From the NCBI GenBank assembly GCA_002633005.1, contig NMRA01000154.1, positions 55,213 through 119,212 on the forward strand: 64,000 nt of DNA. The letters run 5' to 3'. Shown in pieces: positions 40,972-51,000 of the stretch. Source of the stretch: Phoronis australis (taxonomy: Eukaryota > Animalia > Phoronida). Within the stretch, counting starts at the first letter, position 1, and each line of letters opens with the position of its first letter. The notes below the pieces were generated by a model, which did no database searches, was not told where the DNA came from, and saw only the letters and a program-made list of their open reading frames with translations. Both the position numbers and the translations under genes were made by a program.

Positions 40972-43124
40972 TCACTCAGTGGTACAGCAACATCGCCCAC
41001 CACCTTCGCACCTTAACCTCTGTCTTTCCATGATGGCCTTGAACTTTTCGTCTTCCTTTTCAGGTAGCACTGGTTTTGGAACGAGAGGCACGCGACTGGA
41101 GCGTCCTCGTTGAGAGTACATCGGACTGGCATTGGAGCAAACGTTTGTTAAAGCCGTATTTTCGGCAACGACGGAATTAGCTCGAGAAGAAGAGTTAGAC
41201 GTGTTTCCTTTTTTGTGCTTCTTTTTCTTTTTCGGTCCTGGCATGTTTTCGTTTCCAGTTTTGTCTATGTCTTCGTAGTGCTGTTCCAGGCCGACGTTGC
41301 ACCAGAATATGTTCAGACACGTCCTAACAAGTGACATGGGAAAAGAGTTCCGTTTTAAAGAGAGGATTATTATCCGACTTTCGGAACAGTTTGTTCAAGC
41401 ATGTGTGACATTTAAAAGTTTTTTGAGAGTAAACCCAGGGCATTTATTTCTAACTATCTGGCTTCTAATTGGTAGCTAAGTCCTCACGGAGCTTGCTTTC
41501 CAGCTCACGGTCACACCGCAAGGCTCCGTCCGCAGGTACCGGAACCTAGATTTGCTTCTAATAATTTGTTCGCGCTAAAATTTCAGTAATGCATTGCAAA
41601 GACGGAAACGTTAAAGTGTGCGTCCGTAAATGTGATGTTCCGTTTTCTTTCCGAGCAATACATCAGAGTTTGAAAAATCCACCTTAGGAGACAGTCTTCT
41701 AAAAATACATCTCCGTCGTTCACATGGTCAAAAGGTACGTTTGTGAACTATATACACTCGCCTAGAGTGGCTGGTCCTCAGTTTTAATATCTAAAGAAGT
41801 AATTATAATAAAGACAAAATTTAAGAACATTTAGGGTACCGTACACAAATATAAATACTTTTCAAGATTCTAAAGCATCGACCATAGACATCACATTAGC
41901 GCTTTTTTAGTACAATTAAGATAACTGTGTCAAAGAAACATCGTCAGGTGGTGCTCATTGTGTGCACTACGTCTTGCTGTTTTGACATAGTGACTGGTGA
42001 AAAAGTGGTCCTTGGAAACATGATGAACGACACACGGAATTCCGTGTGTGGATACCAATGCGCATGCCTTGGTCGGAAGTATACCGATCACATCGGCACC
42101 ACCACTTGCACACGTCTTTATGCACTGTACTTGCTTGGGCTTAAGCCACTGGACAGGGATCCCCCTGATTTTGTTTATATCGATCACTGCCCGTTTTTTA
42201 TTAAAAGAAATTGCCAAACTACGTAACACAAACTAAAAGGGGGTTTCCCAGATTTCAACCAATGGGTAGCACTGAATGTTATGACGCCGGTTTCATTACT
42301 TTAACCAATGAGAAGCCACCGACAGTACTATCTGTCGTAGCAGTGTGGAAGAGTGTAGTTTGTAAACCAGTTTTGATCCACGTTTTGAAGTTAGGCTTTG
42401 AATTTCATTTCTGATAATGACGTCACAGCTGTTGAAGGGCCTTGTGCTCTGATACTACTTACTCTTTCAGTCCATCGTATAATAGACCTTCCATGATATC
42501 TTCGCAGCAGACGATTATTCTCCATTTGAATCCATCTTCTGTGCGAACGCACGTGCAGCATAGCCTTTGTAGAACCAACAGTACTACCGCTACGAGAACT
42601 AAAATCATTAGCGTCGTCAAGGGAACAGTGACCATGGCTCGGGCTCGACCGTACTCGTCTGCACTTTGGATGGGAACGACTGAAATAACTTCCCGCCGTC
42701 TGACCAAAGCAGTTTCCTTTAGAGTTCTCGCAGGATCGGCTGATCGTACTCGACGCACCTTCAGCATCTTTTCTGTCATTCTTCCGTCCTTATTTGATTC
42801 TGTCAAATTTGTGTATGGTTCTTCTGATGGCCGATTGGTAAATAGTTTCGCAAATTTTTCTGTTTGTCTTTTGCCAATGTAAAGCAGTGGTTTAACTTTC
42901 CCGTTCGATTTTGGTTGAGGAAAAGATTTAGTTAACCCAACATACATGTATATTGAAACAGGATGCTGGTTAATTTTTTCGGGTGTAATTTTCAAATTCC
43001 TGTTCGACCACAAATCTGTTAAACTTGTGATCTTGGGTAACGCGAAATTAACCGGTCTTGCTGACAACTGCAATCTTGAATACAGTAACATTGTGATAAT
43101 GAAGGAAATATTTAGAGCATTCAT
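40972..43124 (-). CDS. Uncharacterised single-pass membrane protein, paralog C (~337 aa)
   Basis: Exons 43124-42463 and 41323-40972; same intron position (GA|GTAAGT ... GTTAG|G) giving YDGLKE-TCLNIFWCNVGLEQ; signal peptide ending LSA-RP, RRVR/RRR sites, TM LMILVLVAVVLLVL. Confidence 0.85.
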
Positions 43125-43165
43125 ACTTTAAGGAACCAACAGGACAGACGACTGTTGTGAAAACT

Positions 43166-43173
43166 TTACGTCA
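43166..43173. promoter_or_regulatory. CRE/ATF-like TGACGTAA (minus) upstream of paralog C
   Basis: 42 nt upstream of the ATG. Confidence 0.4.
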
Positions 43174-43433
43174 CGCTCTGTTCTAACCCCAATGAATCTT
43201 TATGAAGCCCTTCACTGTCCTCTTAAACAGTTTGCAGTGTGGTTTAGTGTCCCATTAGGCGTTTCCCGTTGCTCCTAACTTGTTCAATTCTATAACCCAA
43301 CAACAAGTTGGGAAGTTAACCCTTGCAGCCAATATCTTACACGACTGATTAACTCCATTCTGGCAGTCATGGTTGGAGGGCCAGCTCTCTTTTGTTCGAT
43401 AATTGCTCTAATCTCCAATAAGATCGTATCTAC

Positions 43434-44353
43434 CAGTGGCGGATCTAGGATATCATAAGGGGGGCCCAACATTTTGTCTGAAAACATTGTGCAAAGCACG
43501 ATTAGATGCGCATAGCACCAAATGGGGGGAGGTCGGGAGGGGGGTTCGCCCATTTTCCTTGATTCCTGAAGTATTATCCAAGTAAAAAAGGCAAAAACAC
43601 GGAGAACGTGTCAAACATGAAAAACTGTAATTATAACAGACTCGAACTCACGACCTGGCGGATAGAGTGCGCGTGCTTTACCACTGCACCACCACGATTT
43701 CACTCACACTTTGATAATGAGAGATCAACTTGTTTAAGGTCCACAGCGTTTGCGCGCGAAACCTACTTCTTTTTGTAATGCTTATTACACTTATTATATT
43801 TTGTGCAATCAGTTCGTAACGTATTTGTTGTATTTAAAATAGTCTTTAATTGCCCAAAAGACTAAATCCGTTTTTGTGTTGGCATTAATGACGCAATTGC
43901 TTTGGAAATCGTCATAAGTTAAGGTTTGACAAAGAGAGAACTATGAATTTCTGAGAGATTCACTAAGGCTTCGATCAAAATTCACATCTCACCAGCAGCT
44001 TCTGTTTTTTCATCGTCACTCAGATTTCATTTTCTGTAAAAAAATGAAGTAATTTTCTTCATTGCACAGCAAAGCACACAACAGAAACGGAGGCGTAGTG
44101 CGCAGCGCCACTACCGGTCGCCTGAGATATCGCGGGAGAGCCTGTACTAAGCCATAGTTTCGTTATGATTGAGCAGTGTTTCGAATTCCCCCCGGCGAAC
44201 ACACTAAAACTGCACATATTTGAATCTTGTTTCCGCCGTGTAATGTTAATTACCGAGATTAATTACTCAACTCAACATTACCCTACGCTCTTGCTGTTTT
44301 ATTTTTTGCGGCAGCCAAGAGGATGTTGGCCGGGTCCCCTAAATCCGCCTATG
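43434..44353. mobile_element. 920-bp non-autonomous DNA transposon with 5-bp TSD containing a tRNA-like segment
   Basis: TIR CAGTGGCGGATCTAGG / CCTAAATCCGCCTATG; flanks TCTAC/CCTAC; minus-strand A box TGGTGCAGTGG and B box GTTCGAGTC at 43638-43695. Confidence 0.6.
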
Positions 44354-46270
44354 CCTACCCTGACTGGGCTATGCTGTTAAAAATAAAAGTTAAGTTATAA
44401 CGTATTTGAATATAAACCAATATTATTTCTGAAATCTTCGTCAAATGGTGATCATGTTTAGTGTTTGAATCGCCAAAATCGCCCAACTGCAACCGAAGTT
44501 ACTACATTCTATTCTTTCCGAATACACCAATTCACTTTGAGTTTGACTGTGTTCACACGTGGTCTGTACTAAGCGTGGTAGATAATTGGCCTGCTTGTTG
44601 TCGTAACAGACAAAAGTGTGTGAAGCTAGATGTTATCACATGCTCAGAAACCCCTACGTCTGGTAAAGTCACTAAGCGGGAAAACGCTGCCATGATTGGA
44701 CAAGGCCTCTGGGACGAGAGCAGGGGAGTTGTTGATTTGATAACTATTAACATAACAGTGAACAGCAATGCAATCCAGTAGTGTTAATGGTAATACAAAC
44801 ATCAATTAGCAGCACTTGGCACAATTTGATGGAAGACAGAGCATTTTTAGGGCAAATCATAAAACTAAATTATATTGGAAACTACACCTATTTCAATGCC
44901 ACCTTTTATTCAGCAGTATTGAGACAGCTAGCAATCAACCGGCATGCAGGGGCACAGAACGAACGCAGTACAATTCGCAAGGCTATACAGGAAGAGATAA
45001 CCATCTTGGTTATCTCTTCCTGGCTTTACTCATAACCCTGACATGATTTTACTTCCGTTACCAAAAAGAACAATGAAATGATCAGCGACTCAACAAACGA
45101 TTCGAGGTGCATTGCCAAATAAGGGTTGATCAGCCTTAAATTTGCCACAATAGCGCATGAGCACTTAGCGTTCTCATTCGGAGTAATGTTTGTAGACACC
45201 AAAGCGCTTCGGTGAACATTGACAGCTAAACAATATCGCAGTGCGCATTGGAGTGCACAACTGACAAAACGAAAAGCGTCAACTTTCCAAGTTTCTATAA
45301 CTGCAGACCGCTTATGAATGCTTGGACGATGCCTAGAAAGTCAATTAAAATTACTAATTAAAGATGGCACGCATTTCCAATTAGTTTCACCATTTACACA
45401 TTTCTGTACAATATGCACCAGACTGAAATGGGCCCAGAGTGATGTTTGTTCCTAGAACTCGACAATATATCTCGAGTTTAATATTTCTCATCCACCAATT
45501 GCGACGGTTTTCTGGTGGTCAAATCGGACACGGGCACATTCGTAATGAGGAGCACCGGGCCGGGGATACAATCGAGATGGGAACCTCAGCTGAGAAACAG
45601 CAGGGTGGGATCAAGCATTACGGGCACTGAAATTAAGCGATGACAGCGTCTTTTGTGTGGTTGGTGACGCAGAATAGACTCGAACATTTTGAATTCAACC
45701 AATGAAGCAATATTTTTGAATAATCTCATTAAAACTGCTCTAGCCGGTGTTCAATAACACAAATACTGACATTGTAGTTTCCGGAGGGAGTACAGCAGTA
45801 GAGCTGTGGTGTACGGAACTTTGTGCTCAGAAGGGAGACATCCATTACCAGTTTTCCTACGAGAGGGCGCCGTTTCTAATAAAATCTCCCACGAAAGGGA
45901 GTCTTTTCCCAATTTACTTACTGATACAAAAAGGGTCTTCTTCCTAACTACCTGCAGAAGACTCTGTAAGCTTGAAAGACGTGTACTCATTTTCACAATA
46001 TGACATTTCACTTACTGTGTCAAGATTAATGAGTTAAAAGGACAGTTGTCAAAGAACCCCTACGGAGTTCGTAAGTTTATGGAAACAAACCCACGAAAGG
46101 GTGACCTGTTCACAGAAGCTTCTAAGAATTTGTTTCAAGAGTCTACTCTATATGCGTGGGTGTCGTAGTTCCCCCTGCACCCCCTCCACACAATAACGGA
46201 ATTCGAACATCCCCGTGCACATTTGCAGGCTTACAGCTACTGTAAAACGAAAATTTATCGTGTTAAACAA

Positions 46271-46276
46271 TTTATT
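46271..46276 (-). terminator. Candidate polyadenylation signal (AATAAA) of NAA35
   Basis: TTTATT on + strand ~1.7 kb past the NAA35 stop. Confidence 0.35.
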
Positions 46277-46958
46277 AACAGTACTAAATATATAGAAAAA
46301 CATGTCAATCTTTCATTACAAAGTCAACGAATTCATGAACATTTAGCCTACTACATTCAAACAAGCCTCGTTACATTACAAAGCAAACAGCATTTTTATC
46401 CTTAAATGTACAAACTCTGCACGTTAGGTGCGCTCAATCTGCAGCGTTACAAAGCAACAGTTTGTATGCAGCACTGAGGCTCCAGCAACTTCACTAATTT
46501 TAATTGAACATGTGTTAAGACTTTCCTGGCATTAAAAATAACAAGGGGTCAGATACTTCACTCAAGGCATTAAAGACCAAAAACAAATCTGAACATATCT
46601 GGACATATTCCCAAAAGGCGCTCTTCAACAGATTAACAAACTCATTAAAAATAAACAGAATTTATAACAGAATTTTGAAAATAACTCCTGAATTTCTAAT
46701 GGTGCAACAACAAAATGGCCACCACAGTTGAACTGCACTGAACGCCCCCTTTGGTGAATCGCCAGTACTGTGCAAATGCGTGCAACACTGTTGAGTAATC
46801 ATTACCCAGAACCAGTTTCATTGATGTCTGTTATTCAGTAGAGAGAACTGGTTCTCAAACTTGGGCCAAGTTATATCCGACTATTGATGAGTTCTGCTTA
46901 CTACAGAACACAGCCTGTGTTTGCTCAATGGAAGTGAATATAGCACCAAGATGCAGGC

Positions 46959-47230
46959 CTTTTAGTAGGCCATTTAGGTCACTTTTAGTGGGCCACTTAC
47001 GTCACTTTTAGTGAGCCATTTAGGTCACTTAATGGGCCATTTAGGTCACTTTTAGTGGGCCACTTAGGTCACTTTTAGTGGGCCACTTAGGTCACATTTA
47101 GTGGGCCACTTACGTCCCTTTTAGTGGGCCATTTAGGTAACTTTTAGTGGGCCATTTAGGTCACTTTTAGTTGGCCACTTTGGTCAATTTTAGTGGGCCA
47201 CTTAGGTCACTTTTAGTGGGCCACTTAGGT
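46959..47230. repeat. 23-bp minisatellite (TTTTAGTGGGCCACTTAGGTCAC), ~12 copies
   Basis: Direct tandem periodicity; probably within the NAA35 3' UTR. Confidence 0.9.
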
Positions 47231-48003
47231 CTCTACTATTTCATGGATAGTAAATACACACAAAGGAATCAGTAATTAACAAAGAAAATAGCTCTGCCAA
47301 ATAACCAGGGATCTTTACTTTTACAAAAGTCAACATCAAAAATGGTTACTTTCTGCTTTAAACAAGTTACGACACTAGATGGGGTAGTATCTACTAATGA
47401 AAATAGATGGGTGGAGCACCAGTCAGTTTTAAGGTACCCACAGCACACACAATTGCACGCACAACACTGACTGCCAATCCTGCACAAGATGGTGACACAT
47501 CCATGTTGAAAAGCACTCTCTTCATGACAGCCTCACATCACTCAACTTGAGACATTGGCTGAAAGATAAGTATGACCACCGGCAAGTGACTCACTTGTAT
47601 CTTGTAATCCCCAAAAGCCATAGCCTGGGGTCATGTCCCCATGAACTTGATGCTATGCTTGCCAGCAGCCATCAGTTAAATCGGTTTGTTCTGAACGCAA
47701 CCATGACATGTCTTCCAGTACATGATATCTGTGTCAGTTCAACAACCGAATTGTAGACATGTCTTGCTGTGTACGCAGTGTCTTGATAACTACATCATGT
47801 CTTGACATCTGCCAGAAATTTTGAAGTCTGTGTTAGTTCAGTCATCAACTTTGGCTTCAATGACGTGTCTTGACGACAATGACATGTCTTGACCACAATG
47901 ATGTATCTTGATGAGAATGATGGGTCTTGAAACTTGTGACAATTCATTCATTCACCAAGCTTACACCAATACTTATCTTGATGACAACGAAGTATGAAGG
48001 TTT

Positions 48004-48063
48004 CTATGAAACTTTCATGACGGGGAAAGTCTTGTGAATGGAGAAATCAAACTCAGGAGGATT
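48004..48063 (-). CDS. NAA35: NAA35 last coding exon [19 protein letters not shown]
   Basis: Conserved C-terminal motif; TTTTCAG acceptor; TAG stop. Confidence 0.93.
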   Translation of the reverse strand, partial: NPPEFDFSIHKTFPVMKVS

Positions 48064-51000
48064 CTGAAAAAACATCGGGAAAACAGGTGTAAATATTGAC
48101 ATATGACGACCTATGATTATCTATTTATAAAAAAGAACAAGGTGGAGCGTGGAAATGCACCATCAACTGCAGCGCAATCCACATCTTAATGGTGTGTTTA
48201 TTAGTATCATCACCGTCCTGAAACAGAAAAGTGTCATGGTCTTTCCAATACAAATCTATTTGCCATATTTCATGGAAATCCATCAAGAAACTCCAAAGAT
48301 AGAGGCTAACATAAAACTACAAATTGCCATTAGGAGGTACATCTGTTGTCAAGTTGTTAGGAACATACTTGCAAAATTTTTGAAAGATCTTACTCGGGCA
48401 TAAGAGATAGAACTGCAGATGCAAAAATGCCACTAGGGGGCACCACAAAAACTGGACCCATCCAGAAAATCCCCAACAACCGTTCTCTGGTCAGTAGGAA
48501 CACGTCTGCCATTTTTCATAATGATCCCCAGAGCAGTTTGGCAGATATACAACCATGTAGTAGACAAAAATAGTCAAAAATAATATGCTGAATAAGGCAA
48601 ATTGATCCCAAAATGGAAAGGTGCTTTGAACTTCATAATTGAAGCTTGCCTGCCATATTTCATGAAAAATTGCAGAGGAACTTCGACGATAGAGAAGCAG
48701 ACCAAAAAACTAAAACTGCCACCAAAGGACACAGGGGGGTAGTCAGAGCTATTTAATTTATGGGCAGTCATTGTTACATTTATAGGAAAACGCTTGCAAT
48801 ATTTCACAAAGATCCTACAAAGGATTAAGGTGATCTTGGACACAAAAAACAACAAAATCACCACTAGGGGATGCCATAGTTGTTGGACATCTCTGAAAAC
48901 CAATGTGAGCCATGGACTTCTCATCAGGAACAGATCTGTTAAAGTTCATACTAATCCTTTGAGAGGTTTTGCAGATAAAAAGGCAGATGCCAAAAAACCG
49001 GACTCAAACTAATTAAATTAGCCATCAGGTGGCATAGAATACGTCCAATGGAATGGCATCGTCCCCTTCTCCATCAATGAACTTTAAAGATAGAGTAGAA
49101 AACATAAAAATCATAGCCACTAAGGGGCACAGCAATAGTCAGATTGGTCGGAAACTCTTCATCATCTGTTGCCACAGAAACACATCTGACAAATTTTACA
49201 AAACTCCTGCTAAGGGTTAAGGAAATACACGCAAACAAAAAAATCAATGTCAGCCGTGGTCTCATCCTAAAATCAATGTCTCATCAGGAACACATCTGCC
49301 AATTTTCAAAATGATCCTTCAAGCAGTTTGTCAGATAGAAAGGTGGAGGACAAAAAAACGGACTCAAAATTTTAAAAATGGCCACTAGGAGATGCTGAAT
49401 ATGTGAAATCCAACCAAAAATGGAAAGGTGTCGTCGTCTGCTCACTAACACAGCAGCGTCCACCAGATGCACAGATGATGACTGCAATATGCACACACAT
49501 GATATATGTGTGGTCCCATAAGATTAGTACGCCAACCAAAGCCAGATAACCTTGCTTTAACAATAACGGCCGGAGACGGTGACACTATTGCAAAGCAGAT
49601 GTTTGGGATTGACAGCTGGGATTGAACTGCGCTTTCTGTTCAAACTCTTTTGAAGCACCAGGAACTGGACTATGGGAAGTGATTGCATGAACAATACGAA
49701 CTGTAAGCTTGCAACACGATAGTAGTCTGTTGTGCTGACAGGGACATAAGAGAAGACTATCAACAGGCAAACATTAGGCAAGCATGTTAAAAATTTGACA
49801 ACATATTGTCAAAGTCATAAAGCTTTGAACTTATGTAAGAAAAATACAAAGGGGAATTGAACAAAATGAACTGTATCTCTTGAGAATACTGTCAGCTGAT
49901 GTACGAGGACAACTGTCATTTTTAGATGAAAACTATTGTTATACAACTTCTTTACGCCATTGCCATTTTAGTAGTGAGCCTCTTTTTAGGTTTAAAAACA
50001 ATGCATTTGAGGCACAAACATCACGAGGCACGTGAAAAAATCACGCTTTGTGCTGTGATCAAATGCAGAATGCATTGTTTTTAAAACCTAAAACAGAGGC
50101 TCACTTTTATAATGGCAACAGAGTGAATAAGGTGTATATGCTATGTTACACTAATGCCGGTCGGCAATCAATGTCTACCATAGAAATCAAAGATGGCTGC
50201 AACCAGAGAAGCTGAAAATAGTTACCTTGGAGTCCTTCTGATGGCCACTGGCCAGTAGTCTGACCACAATGAAATTCATTTTGGTGACCTTCAGAAGATT
50301 TTCTGTCTAAAAAGAAAACCGCCACTATTAGAGTTCGTCTAACCTGTGAAAATGGCTTTGTCAAATTAAGTCTGTTCAGCTGATACTAAAATAGTAAAAC
50401 ATTGACCTAATTACAGCAAACGGTTTCCTGACTGACCTCTTTACTCAACAACTACACAGATGTCCCTGATTAGGAATTTAAGGCAAAGTTGAAACTGGAG
50501 CTACTAATTGAAAAGTAATTATCAGACTCAGAAAAAAGTTACTGAAAATGAGGGAAATAAGACACAATTTGAAGCGATGAACTACCCCTACGAATCAAAA
50601 CATAGTTTAGAGTGGAAAAAAATTGACCAAATAACCTCGGTTTTTGAGATGTTCAGCAGACTGTAATGCTGACAGAGGCCGGATTTGAGGCGAAGAAAAT
50701 AAATGTGTCACGGGTAACTTTATCCAGGAACTAGTTGAGCAAAAAGGTTGAGGCAGCTTGAAATGATTTATGGGTAATCTTACCTCCTCATTTGGATTTT
50801 GAAATGACTCTAGGAGTACTTTGGCTTGGTGGAAACATTTACAAGAGGTTGAATAGAGTTGGTCAGGCTCTGGAGGATGGGACAGCTGAGACAGGTCTGT
50901 AGCTTCCTGAACGATAAAAACATAAGACTAGAACTAGTCCATGGAAAGAGATACAAAACAAGGTCCAGAACCACAGTAGCATACTGAAACATGACAATGG

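Noticed and set aside
39429-42882. Plus-strand ORFs overlapping the cluster (e.g. 39429-39752, 39836-40201, 42442-42882)
   Set aside because: Antisense shadows of the minus-strand genes.
46959-47230. CRISPR-like array (also considered for 250-790 and 53761-54019)
   Set aside because: Head-to-tail units without unique spacers, eukaryotic context, no cas genes.
49585-49735. Possible alternative last exon of NAA35 (HNRLLSCCK...ALQ*) after a pyrimidine-rich CAG
   Set aside because: No recognisable similarity to NAA35 C-termini, and the conserved last exon exists at 48004-48063; needs transcript data.
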